The translations under genes were made by a program, and so were the position numbers. A DNA stretch of 64,000 nt from Mizuhopecten yessoensis (lineage: Eukaryota). The DNA lies in contig NW_018408489.1 in the NCBI RefSeq assembly GCF_002113885.1, positions 215,800-279,799 on the forward strand. The letters run 5' to 3'. The notes under the pieces are model-generated. The model was not told the origin of the DNA, did not search any database, and was given only the letters and a program-made list of their open reading frames with translations. Position 1 is the first letter of the stretch. The number at the start of each line of letters is the position of its first letter. Below, piece after piece: positions 1 through 11,160 of this stretch.

Positions 1-46
1 GCCCGATCAGCAGGACATAAACAATGTAAACAAGTCTTACTACATA

Positions 47-250
47 CTGTTTACCGGTAACCTTTCGCCCAATTGAATTTCCTCCCTCCCGTAAATCAGT
101 TTTCGCGCAATGTTATTTTTCGCCCTTTACATAATATTACGGTGTATGGTGTGTTGTGGGCTTCTTTTCACCGTCGTGATAAATTTACCCTCATTTATGA
201 TGACCAAAAAGGCGAGAGTTCAAGTTCGGCGAAATTTCTCCGGTTTACAA
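47..250. mobile_element. Small degenerate TA-flanked MITE (Tc1/mariner-like)
   Basis: Imperfect TIRs ctgtttaccggtaacctttcgcc / ggcgaaatttctccggtttacaa, flanked by TA. Confidence 0.4.
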
Positions 251-449
251 TATTGAAGTAATAAATCAGGACCTCTTAGCAGGCCCTAAACTGAACCATG
301 TATAGTGTGTTTGGTACGTTCCATCGAGTACAACCCTAATAATTCGACTAGGCTGTACACCGGAAATTATCAAGTAGGTAACTACTTGTCGATTTACTTC
401 TGCTATAGCTACATCACCTAGGACAGATTAAAAATGAAGTCGTGATCCA

Positions 450-611
450 AGATGTCATAGTGGTTAAGGCGACTGACCGACTTATCACTAGCTCTTTACT
501 TCAGGGTCGAGGAGTCGAGGCCTACGTGAGGCAGTCGCCATGTACTTCCGCAGGTCGTTGGTTTTCCTCTGAGTACTCAGGTTTTTCTCCTTCACTAAAA
601 CCTGGCACGTC
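450..611 (+). mobile_element. tRNA-derived SINE (V-SINE-like), 5' part, interrupted by the 612-12047 element
   Basis: A-box-like tagtggttaagg, degenerate B-box, and body ggttttctctgagtactcaggtttttctccttcactaaaacctggcacgtc. Confidence 0.55.
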
Positions 612-1522
612 TGTTACGGCACGATTTCTCACCTCGACACGATTTCTCACCCGGGTGAGAAATCGTGTTAGGAGTATGCATATTATCCTTTTATCTTTTT
701 TATAAAGGGACTATTTCCAGCTATGTTAAAATTACATAGGAGCCTGCTCCCTCATTAATTTTGTTTTAGAAGTGCTACGAGATCTATGCTGTTGTTTTAA
801 CTTTTTTCAATCCCTTATACATCCGATGTTATTACTTTGAATCAATCTTCTAAATATTTAGATGATTAATTAACCTTCTTACAGCATGGGGTCGAAAAAT
901 GGAATATCAGCCTGAAAATATTTTTCTGAAAAATGATCGTATTTTTTGCATCGTATTACTTGGGAAAGGACGTTTACCCTCATTTAGTGCTGTAATAATA
1001 TATTTATCATCCAGAATGTGAGTTAAATCGAACATTTTGTGAAATTTTAATGTAAAATATAGAATTTTCAATCTTATTATACTTGTGTACCAAAAATTAT
1101 CATAGTATGAAGAAGTGGTGTTATTTTAAATATGTTTGCAAAAATTCAGTCCAAAAATGTGCTGAAAAGTATTCATTTCGCACAACAAAGTCCCCAGTGT
1201 GCCAAAAACGGTGAGGGCCTAAGACACATCCCTGGCGTCCACTTAAAAGCAATGCACATAATTACAGGTAATTGGTTACTAAATTCGTTGCCTACAATAA
1301 ATCTTTCAGTGCATGTAAGGTCACAAACAATTCCAAATTCCAATTTATTTCATCACTTGGCGTGATTTAACAATCAATTTTGAAATTAAATGTAATTTTC
1401 TTGTCACTTTTTAGAATTTGCTCTTATACATTTTTTTTATTTTTTATACATTTTATCATCAGACTTTCGTTTTTACATTTACATTTTACATCGATATTTC
1501 ATACTCGGTTGTTAATATTCAT

Positions 1523-4500
1523 TTCATTTCAGAATATTTATTGTTCAGATCTTAGATACAAAGGAATTGGGCAACAGGCAAAGCCTATGAGCGCCCTCTC
1601 CTTACAGTTATAAACAGTTTACACATATCATATTGAATTGAAGTAATGATAAAACATTTATATTATGTACATGAATATTGATATTTGCATGTCATTATTA
1701 ATTTTTTGATAATTGTTGTACAAAAACTAGATTTTACAAAAAAATGGCAATTAAAATGATGCTGGTGGACAGAGCACATAGTAAAAGTATGTACTGGTAT
1801 CATTCCACACAGCAAAGTCATGAGATAAACAAGTAAGTGTAATCTAGTTAAAGCGTCTTGTATCTTTAACGAATCTCTTAACCATCTCCAAGATACTTAT
1901 GTTCATATTGATATCAAGTCTTTGACATCCATAAAGAAAAGTCTGGGTATTTAATGGAATAATGTCATTAAAAGCAGAAATGGAGTTCAGGAGAATTTGC
2001 CTTTGATTAGTATACAGAGTACAATGGAAGAAGAAGTGATCACAGTCCTCAACAGGAGAACTACATAAGCAGGCAGGGGTATCAATTAGGTGAGATTCAA
2101 ATAGATCTGAATTCAGGTTACTGGCACAGTTTCTAAGTTGACATAAGGTAATATTAAATTTTCGATCACCATTGTATTTAAAAATATCAGTACATTGGGG
2201 TTGAGAATCCATTTCATCTGAGTGTAAAAAATCTCTTTTTATAGATCCAATGGATGTCATTGTGGGATACAGGCAAGTTGGATTATTCCATTCAGACATC
2301 AGTTTCGGGAAAAAACTGGCATTATATAACTGAGTTCTTGGTATAGGAACATCAAAAATTCTATTGTGGCGAAGATGATAATTGTCAGTATTATCATTAA
2401 TGTACGGTTGAATTATATCATAGACATGAGAGGGACATTTCCTATTATATATTTTATAAAAAGTAATATTTTGATGCAAATGTCTTCTTCTATTAAGTGT
2501 TATAAAACCAGATTCTCTATATAAGATAGCATGACTTGTTCCACGTCTTAACCCTAAGATAATACGTGCTGCTTCTAGTTGGATAGACTCCAAGACACTG
2601 CATTCATTCTGCGTGCAGTTTGCCCATATAATATTTGCATATTCCAGAATTGGACGTATAAATGTGATATATATAGTTTCGAGTGATTTTCTATCAATTT
2701 TGTATTTCAACATTCTAAGTATATTAATTCTTTTATAAGCTTTTTCGTATATATAGTTTATGTGGTTAGACCAATTAGCCTTGCTGTTGAAAAACAAACC
2801 TAGGTGTTTATGATTAGAAACATTAATAATTGATGATTCATCAAAATATAGGTTAGGATGCAGTGTCTCAGAGTCAACCCGCCTCGAGAAGAGCAGGGCT
2901 ACAGTTTTATCTGGATTAAAGATAATTCCCCATGTTCTAGCCCAGATTGAAATTTTCCTCAGATCATCATTTAATATATTAGCACATTCTTGCCTGTCTC
3001 CCTCAATGAGACCATATAAGGAGGTATCATCAGCAAATAGTTTGAAGTTTGAGGCCAATTCATCACCAATATCATTAATATATAGTAAAAACAAAAAAGG
3101 ACCAAGGACTGAACCTTGGGGTACCCCTGCCTGTAATGTTTTCCAGTTAGACTTATACCCATCTATGACCACTCTCTGTTGCCTATCATGAAGGTATGAT
3201 GTAAACCATTCTAACATATTATTACATATACCATATTTTTTTAGTTTATAAATTAGACCGTCATGCCAAACTCTGTCAAAGGCTTTGCTAATATCACAGA
3301 AAATCATTCTGGCCTCTTTGCCTTTGTCTAAATGTTTTACAATTTCATCGTATATAATTAATAGCTGATACACTGTGGAATCCTTAGGTAAAAAGCCTGA
3401 CTGATTCTTAGAAATAATGTTATATCTTGAGAGGTAATTGAACATATACTTAAAAACATTTTTTTCAAATAGCTTGCTAAATATAGGGGTAACAGATATT
3501 GGTCTATAGTTGGATGGATCACTTTTATCTCCCTTGCCCTTATAAATTGGGGTAACATGAGCATTTTTCCATCTATTTGGTAGCTTTCCGGTAGAAATAG
3601 ATTTGTTGAATAAGAGATAGAGTGGTTTCACAAGAGATTGGGAAACCCCTTTTATGAATTTTGGAGGGATACTATCAGGGCCTGAAGGTTTATTAGTATT
3701 GAGTAGATCGAGCTGATCAAGAATGTCCTGTTCGGTTATGTCTATTGTTGAGAAGCTATGTCGGGGTCGGGGGCAATCAGGAGGTAAATCGTCAGCATTC
3801 TTTTCAGTTACGGAAATCGAAGTGAAATAATCGTTAAAAGATTCCGCCTTATCTATGGGGTGGATTTTCAGTTCGCCGTTGATAATCAATGGAGAGTCAT
3901 TTTCGTTTTTGTTTTTGAGATTCATAACCGATTTTGCAATACGCCACCATTTTCCGGGGGGTATGGTTTTATCAATTAAAGAAGATTGAAGTTTAGATAA
4001 ATATTTTTCTTTAGCTTCCCGGACTAAGGATATAACTTCATTCCGAATAGATCTAAATTTTGCCCAGGAAGATGGAGTATTATGTAGCTTAGCTTTGGAA
4101 TGCTGGCGATTTCTTTGTCTAATTTTGAGTCTGATACCATTAGTCATCCAAATTTTATCATTAGGTCTTATTGTTACTGTTTTATGGGGCACGAATAGGT
4201 CGATAGCAGTTAGGATTTTATCAGTTAAGAGAGAGTTCATATTTTCAATATCACCTTGTAATAAAAGATTCCAGTCAATGGACTTAAGATACTCATTTGC
4301 CCCGTCAAAGTCAGTGTTATTGAAGTATAATAAAGTCTTTTTATATGCATGTTTCTTTAAAGTTTTAAATTTCAGATCAGCGCTTACTGGACAGTGATCA
4401 CTACAAGAGGGAGGATGTACTATTGTATTTTTAATAAAGTTAACATTGTTTGTTAGTATAGTGTCAAGTGATGTTGAGGTCTGGGAAGTAATCCTGGTAG

Positions 4501-5505
4501 GTTCAGTAACAGTGTTTTCTAACCCATATTTCAACAAAATTCTATGTAGATGTGAGTTTGGATTTAGATGTAACATGTCTTGATTTATATCACCTACCAG
4601 GACTACTTCCCTTTGCAGATCAATAATATTATTTAGGTTAATATCTAGCCTGTCCCAGTAGCCAACGAGAGAGTTAGGGGGTCTATATATACAGCCAAGA
4701 AAAATAGGTTTATTATGGGTAGTTACTTCAGTCCATATTAATTCAAGATCATCTGTCTCAAGGTCAGGTCTACGTTTAATATTAATATTATGTTTAGTAT
4801 AAATCAGAACTCCGCCACCATAATTATCTCTATCCTTTCTAAAAATATTACCAAAGTTTTTCAAAGATACAGCACTATCAGGAATTGAATTATCAAGATG
4901 AGTTTCAGAGACGCACAGTATATCGTATTCGGAAAATTCAGCATCAAGAATATGAGTTTTGTTCCTTAACGAACAAATATTGATATGACAAATAGAAATA
5001 AAATCTAGGTGGATGTGGGAGTTGGGTGGACCGGGGTTCGGGTGAATATCACCGCATATGGATAGTATTAATAATAAAATAAAAATGTAGTGCAAATTCA
5101 GAGAGAATAGATTCAGAGAGACACTAACGATACATAAACATTTATAAAGTAGTGAGTCATTCCCTGCCGTTACAGCACCAAGGTAGTTTGTTGTTTTATC
5201 CATTGTCAAAAAGGAAACGAATATGTAGAAAATACATCCTGGTAGAGTAAGAGCAGAGAATGACACAGATAGGTTTTAAGGAAGATACACGGGATATACC
5301 AATATTTAAGTTGTGTAAACAAGATTGACATGCATAACTGTTTATATTCTGAAAACACAATTTGCCTTGGCGAAGTAAACACATTGACAAATGAGAACAA
5401 AAAACAATATAAAAATAGATGATAAACATAAACATTATTTACATTAACCTTTAGGATCCATATAAAAAATGACTGTGATACAAAAATGAAATGTAAGAAA
5501 AAACA
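1523..5505 (-). mobile_element. CR1/L2-group LINE, recent insertion, no ORF1 visible
   Basis: 15-bp TSD gttgttaatattcat at 1508-1522 and 5506-5520; short (tgaaa)n tail; long open ORF2. Confidence 0.85.
1844..5266 (-). CDS. LINE ORF2: 2A-like motif, APE endonuclease, reverse transcriptase, C-terminal Cys/His motif
   Basis: GDIHPNPGP; APE motifs CHINICSL, SETHL, YRPP, GDIN, SDHCPV; RT motifs DISKAFD, GVPQGSVLGP, LFADDT, HLG; CLC..EDCDHFFFHC. The true start codon is uncertain. Confidence 0.95.
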   Translation of the reverse strand: MSFSALTLPGCIFYIFVSFLTMDKTTNYLGAVTAGNDSLLYKCLCIVSVSLNLFSLNLHYIFILLLILSICGDIHPNPGPPNSHIHLDFISICHINICSLRNKTHILDAEFSEYDILCVSETHLDNSIPDSAVSLKNFGNIFRKDRDNYGGGVLIYTKHNINIKRRPDLETDDLELIWTEVTTHNKPIFLGCIYRPPNSLVGYWDRLDINLNNIIDLQREVVLVGDINQDMLHLNPNSHLHRILLKYGLENTVTEPTRITSQTSTSLDTILTNNVNFIKNTIVHPPSCSDHCPVSADLKFKTLKKHAYKKTLLYFNNTDFDGANEYLKSIDWNLLLQGDIENMNSLLTDKILTAIDLFVPHKTVTIRPNDKIWMTNGIRLKIRQRNRQHSKAKLHNTPSSWAKFRSIRNEVISLVREAKEKYLSKLQSSLIDKTIPPGKWWRIAKSVMNLKNKNENDSPLIINGELKIHPIDKAESFNDYFTSISVTEKNADDLPPDCPRPRHSFSTIDITEQDILDQLDLLNTNKPSGPDSIPPKFIKGVSQSLVKPLYLLFNKSISTGKLPNRWKNAHVTPIYKGKGDKSDPSNYRPISVTPIFSKLFEKNVFKYMFNYLSRYNIISKNQSGFLPKDSTVYQLLIIYDEIVKHLDKGKEARMIFCDISKAFDRVWHDGLIYKLKKYGICNNMLEWFTSYLHDRQQRVVIDGYKSNWKTLQAGVPQGSVLGPFLFLLYINDIGDELASNFKLFADDTSLYGLIEGDRQECANILNDDLRKISIWARTWGIIFNPDKTVALLFSRRVDSETLHPNLYFDESSIINVSNHKHLGLFFNSKANWSNHINYIYEKAYKRINILRMLKYKIDRKSLETIYITFIRPILEYANIIWANCTQNECSVLESIQLEAARIILGLRRGTSHAILYRESGFITLNRRRHLHQNITFYKIYNRKCPSHVYDIIQPYINDNTDNYHLRHNRIFDVPIPRTQLYNASFFPKLMSEWNNPTCLYPTMTSIGSIKRDFLHSDEMDSQPQCTDIFKYNGDRKFNITLCQLRNCASNLNSDLFESHLIDTPACLCSSPVEDCDHFFFHCTLYTNQRQILLNSISAFNDIIPLNTQTFLYGCQRLDINMNISILEMVKRFVKDTRRFN

Positions 5506-5821
5506 GTTGTTAATATTCATCTCATAATGAAGAGTAAATGTATTGGTGAAGGTCGCCATCCTATCTTCGCGAAATATCATAAATGTAAAGGTACACGCAA
5601 TGTTAAAAAAAACCAATCTTTAATGGCTTTTGGATATACTGACTTAAAGGGACTAAAGAGAATTTGAAACAGAACGTTTTGAAGATGAAACCACTAGTAG
5701 TTTTGTTTTCTTAACAATCAATGACCTGCTTTACGGATCCTGTTCACATATAAATTGTTGTCTTTGTTTTAACAATATTAATAAATTTTATCTTATTGGC
5801 AATTACCTAAACCATTTTACA

Positions 5822-6010
5822 CAGGTTATCCTACACGGACCCAGTCGACCCACCCCTAATTTGCTGAGCGTTAAGCAGGAGTAGAAACTACCATTTCTAA
5901 AGACTTTGGTATGTCTCGGCCAGGGGACAGAACCCAAAGCCTTCCTCACAGGTGCGAACGCTCAACAAATGGCCAAAAGTGAGGCAATGTCAAGGGAGAC
6001 ATTAGGGGGG
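5822..6010 (-). mobile_element. tRNA-derived SINE fragment
   Basis: gactttggtatgtctcggccaggggacagaaccc..gcgaacgctcaac resembles the reverse complement of a tRNA-like head plus SINE core. Confidence 0.55.
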
Positions 6011-6039
6011 AAAATAAAAAACTGATATATCTTGTAATT

Positions 6040-7090
6040 AAGTGTTTCGCTCTTGACTTTTCTCTGCCTAGTATTCCAAAAACCTTCCGTCTGTAGTACA
6101 AGCATTGCATAAATCTATAGTTCCAGTGTGTGTTCCTTCGTCCTGACCATTTGAGTAGGGAACATATGTTCATACAATCCTGTGTTCTCAGAAACATTCT
6201 TGCGAGACAGAGTGACTGCCATACTAGATGATACATATATATTTATATTTAAAAAAAATGCTCTCAATAAGCTTCAGAGAATGTCTAATGGTCGCCAGAA
6301 GGAGCATAATTATCTTAAATCCATGAGCATAACCCTACCGGATGGCTACATTTTGAACACTGTATGACCATTCAATGGAAGCCAAAATGATGCAAGCATT
6401 ACAAAAACATCATAGACAAGCTCACATGGTTGGAGCAAGACGACAATGTAGTCGTTGGTCGTAGTTTTAGAGATGTCCTGCCAATGTTAGAGGTATCTGG
6501 TATTAATACCAGTATGCACGCATATTTTAAAACTGGTCAGAGTCAACACTCTGATCTACAGGTTAACATTGACAGAGCAGTTACTTACTCCCTATGGATT
6601 GTAGTCTTGTCATTGCTGTATTAAGCATTAGATAGGTTTTTGAACTCAATTATTATCAAATTGCTTCGTTGATATACTTATGGCAGTGCTAAAGATTGTG
6701 ACTGCATGTCTCAATTGGATACGGGGACCAATTTATCAAAGATCACCGGACACTGACAGAAAAGACAGAGAACTCGCACATCAAATGAAGATTCATCTCA
6801 CAGAAACAAACTGTTTGGCTCAGAGGGTGAAAACAACCAGCTCTTTCCAAATGAACAGAGTCAGAATTCGTAAAGATCATACGGGTGAATCAGCACTATC
6901 AAGACCTCATCTGTTGCCAGATTTTTTCCAGACACAAAAGCCAGACTAAATATAATGTCTAGATTCAGTACAGCACGACAACAAATGATAATAATCCAAT
7001 AAAAGATTACTACTGCCAATGCCCAGTTGGTAAAAGAAATATGGGAATGTGTGCGCATACATCAAGTATGCATTATTATATTGGCCATTT
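6040..7090 (+). pseudogene. Decayed PIF/Harbinger/ISL2EU-type (DDE_Tnp_4-like) transposase with C-terminal SWIM finger
   Basis: Fragments AILDDTYIFI, LKSMSITLPDGYI, NDASIT, VVVGRSFRDV, AVTYSLWIV; YYCQCPVGKRNMGMCAH (CxC..CxH) at about 7008-7060; many stops and frameshifts. Confidence 0.65.
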
Positions 7091-10000
7091 TAGAATTCTT
7101 TAAAATCCAAAAGAGTTGCACCAAAGGGCTAAGATGAAATAAGTAGTTTTCTTGTGAATCTAGAATCACCAGTTTGAAAACAAACTCAAAAGCATCTTCG
7201 TTTTTCTTCCTTCCTTTTCTAAGTCTGCAATCGAACACATATTGCAAGAAAGTTGTCTGGGAATCTGACAACAGATTAGGCAGTAGAATGAATGTTTTGG
7301 TGGCCATCTTGAAAAGAAATATACCAACAAATCTTTTCGAAACATGTTCTTTGTTTATTAAATATTAATTCCATTTAAACTGGAACAAACATTTCCTTCT
7401 TTTCTGTAAGTTTCAGTTCAATCATAATGAATAGACTATACACATAGCCATGAATTGTGATATATAGACCATATGGTCATTTGAGCCCTTCTCTGAATAT
7501 GTTCAACCACATATTTTTATTGATATATTTGTATGTAGTTCATGACCTAGTCCTTTTATAATCAAAATATATTTGGTATACAAAAGTTATCAGATACATT
7601 TATTCCAAGATGAACAGTTTTTGTCTGGAAAATATCGTTACTTGAGATGGCTTTCGGCTGTTGATTTGTCTTTTAATATCTGATAACTGACCATAGCAAG
7701 ATATTTTTACATGTTTACTGTAGTATATGATCCTAAGTTTTGGTTGCATCAAAAATGATCCTTCAATAGGTTATTAGTTTGACAACATGCTTTTAGGAAA
7801 AAATCTGACTTTTTGAGAATTTCAGTTTTATGCTCCTACGAAAAATGATCAAAATCCTCATTTGAATTTTAATGGGTGTTTTTGTTGTGATAAGGTTTAG
7901 GTCTACACCTCACCAAAAGAAAATTAAAATCTGTTCTGTTTTATGAACTGTAATATAGGTTGGTAAAATTGATATGTTGATGGTGTTCTTGAAGATGGCA
8001 CAAAGTCAACATCTACCGCAAAATGTCTGTTGCAGCCTAACTTTGGAAAAGTCTCAATTATGCAGTGTCCTATATCACTTGAATTTTGTATCAAAATCAG
8101 CAATGAGACTAAAAACACTTCAGAGGCTTTCGTTAAAAAAAATCATTTTATAATATGTCCGTGTTAGGTCGGGTCCTGATTGGTTGACAATTAGATATTG
8201 ACCGATTTTGTATGCAGATGTGTTATGGCAATGTGATAATTTTTGCAGCATCATTTGCGACTACAGTGTAGATATTGTTATGATTTATGATAAAAAATGA
8301 AATGTATGTACCCTTCCAGAGCAACTTATTTCACTTCTGCTTTAGTAAGCTTATGTTGTGTAAAAAGCAGATTTTATTTTAGGAATCAATAATACCGTAT
8401 AATAGAAATTGATGAAAAGAGTGATATTGCTATGACAACTCGATCAACATACCTGTACATGTAATATACACAAGTTATCATGTATCCAAATGTATTATTG
8501 AAATATATAGCATCGATATAAATTGTTTATGTCACTCCTTCACAATTTAAACAGCATTTCATGGTTACGAAATTACCGATATTGCATTCCAATATCATGT
8601 ATGATTGTGCAACCACCAGACTAATATAAATAATATATTTCAGCGTAATAATACCACAGGATGTGATGACGAAATCTAGAACAATTCTATGCCAATTTCA
8701 TTGCTTTCGTTTGACATGTCAATCAAGAGTAACCATGTGGAACAAGTCTGCCCAATTCAATGACACATTCATTAGAAGCATTGATTGGAATCAATACGTT
8801 TTCATTTAAACAAATATGCACGAGTTAGGATTTGGAAATAGGCACCCTTAAATAATACAACACAAATGCTCATTGACATACGCAAGATAAAAGTACAATT
8901 TTGAATGAAGATACTGTAGGATCTCGTGCTTTGTCTGGGTCTCAAACTGACCATCTGCGGCACCAAACCATTACCTTCCGACCATTTCAACCTCCTAGTA
9001 AGTTTTACACTTCGTAACATTCAATAACATGGTATTGTCGGCAGAACAGTACAAATCGCAAATTGATGAAAAGTATTATATGTAAAAGTACATACAAATC
9101 TAATATTCTGGGCTAAAACATCAGCAAATAAAACACTCACGTTTGAAAGCGTCAACATTTGACCAAACGAAACCATCAAATTAAAACGTGTGACCACTAC
9201 CCCAACATTTAACCATCACATTGTAAAGTTTGACCACTACATCAAATATAAAAGTCAAATTGGAAAGTTTGACCACTACATCAAATATACCTGCCAGTTA
9301 AAATAACGCAGTGAATCAGACACACTCGGTGTTTCCTTTTAGGGGATGTGATTTTAGATTCTGCTGAAGTGGGGTTTCCTATTTTTCTTATCTTAATATT
9401 ATTTATGTCCTGTTTATTTTCTATCTGAGTCTTCAGTCCTCCATAGATAACTATTACTTCAATCATGTCATGTGATAATTAGTTTTATGCACTCGTGTAT
9501 TTACTCCTACACGTGTACATTTCTGTATAATGCGGCACATTGAACGGAAACGTGTGATAAGTACATTGCAATATATATATCTATTAACAATGACTATTGA
9601 GTTATGAATTATGTTGTTGAAATAAATTGACGTGACCTGTTACACATATTACAGATGTAAAAACGAAAGAAATATGTGATACATCTGTATTCAAAATCTT
9701 TCATTTTCAGACATAAAAAAGATGCGAAACAAACTACAAAATTGACACGAAAGCTCTCTAGAGAAAACAAGGTTGGTTAAGTAATTTAGTATCCACAGCC
9801 TAAGCCCCTAAACTTATTAATATTGAGACAGGTGTCCGTTTAAGTCATATCATTCTCCACTCTTCACCAAAATTCATCTAAATTAGTGACCTTGAGGTTA
9901 AGTACCGGTATCCTAGAAGTTGAATCATAGCTTATTCCAGAATATGCGTGCATACAAAATAATGTGTAAAAGAATTGATCGAAGCGTATACGGAAGATAT

Positions 10001-10199
10001 AAATTTCATTTCTCAACAAACACTGTGCTGTTTTGTAATAATACATAGGATACTATCAAATCTGTACTACTGGTCCAAGTATCAGTGTATGATAATGTAT
10101 ATCCAGAAATGGATGACCGGATATCTAAGACGACAACATATCTTTATTCTAATAATATGAGCTCCCATTTCCTAATAAAAGGCGAATGGCGATATACAC

Positions 10200-10480
10200 A
10201 TATCGTTGTTAACCAATTTAGACCTTCGTTTTATATATGCATATATATATATTGAGGGGGGATATATGTCAGTAACTAAGATCAATTGTAATGAGGATGA
10301 AATCGTGAGAATTCTTCAATTCCTGATCGACGGTATTTCCAGCAGACTGTTGGTATTCCCATTTCATATAAAACTAAATGAATTAAGGAAATTTTCAGGA
10401 CAGGTAAAAAGAAAACTTGTCAGTTCCTTAATTTCATTTTCATACATAACGAAGATGTGCTGTCTTTAAACAAATAACGA
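10200..10480 (+). pseudogene. Penelope-like RT fragment
   Basis: EDEIVRILQFLID, FQQTVGIP, and a decayed F..YI(D)DVLSLN-like segment. Confidence 0.45.
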
Positions 10481-10599
10481 TTCGATCGTGAAGGTTTCTT
10501 TTCTTGACAGCTTCATCCCTGCTTCCCTCACCTAGTTTGAAGCCCAGCTGCGTAATCTCTGACCTACTTACAGCAACATATTGAAGACGCTGGTTAAGT

Positions 10600-11160
10600 T
10601 TTATGGCCCTTACCTCGGAATCCGAAAGTCTAACCTTTTTTAAATTTGAGATGGTTATACAAGGTGATATGTACAAGTGCAATAGGGATTTAAAAAGTGC
10701 TTAAGGTTGAGATCAAGATTACAATTTCTAAATATAGATCATGGGGGTACGCTCCTTATCTCGGAATTCAAATGTTCTTCTTGAAATTTTACATGGTGAT
10801 ACACTGTAATATGTAGATGTGCATAAGGGGTTTAATTTGTTCGTAATGTCAAGGTCACTGTTACTAAAATAGCCCGGGGTTCTTCCTTATCTCAGAATCA
10901 AAAAGTCTTATCTTTTTGAAATTTTACATTGTGATACAATGTGATATTTAAATGTGTACTAGGCAGGGGTTTAAACATTTTCAAAGGTCAAGGTCACTCT
11001 TACTAAACACAGAAGGGGAGAGGGGTGTGTGTGTGTTTCAGTCCTTAGTTCAGAGATATATTTAACAAATTTGGCATAGGGATACACTGTGATATGCAGA
11101 TGTGCAATAGGGGTTTTAATTTTTTTTAAGGTCAAGGTAATTGTTATTAAAAAATCAGAT
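10600..11160. repeat. About 4 degenerate 125-150-bp units (aaggtcaaggtca-type, Helentron-derived)
   Basis: Recurring ctcggaat..gatacac..gatgtgca..aaggtca blocks. Confidence 0.5.

Noticed and set aside
705-5645. Possible old Kolobok-type element hosting the LINE
   Set aside because: The terminal match is only about 13 of 17 bases and the left TTAA is imperfect
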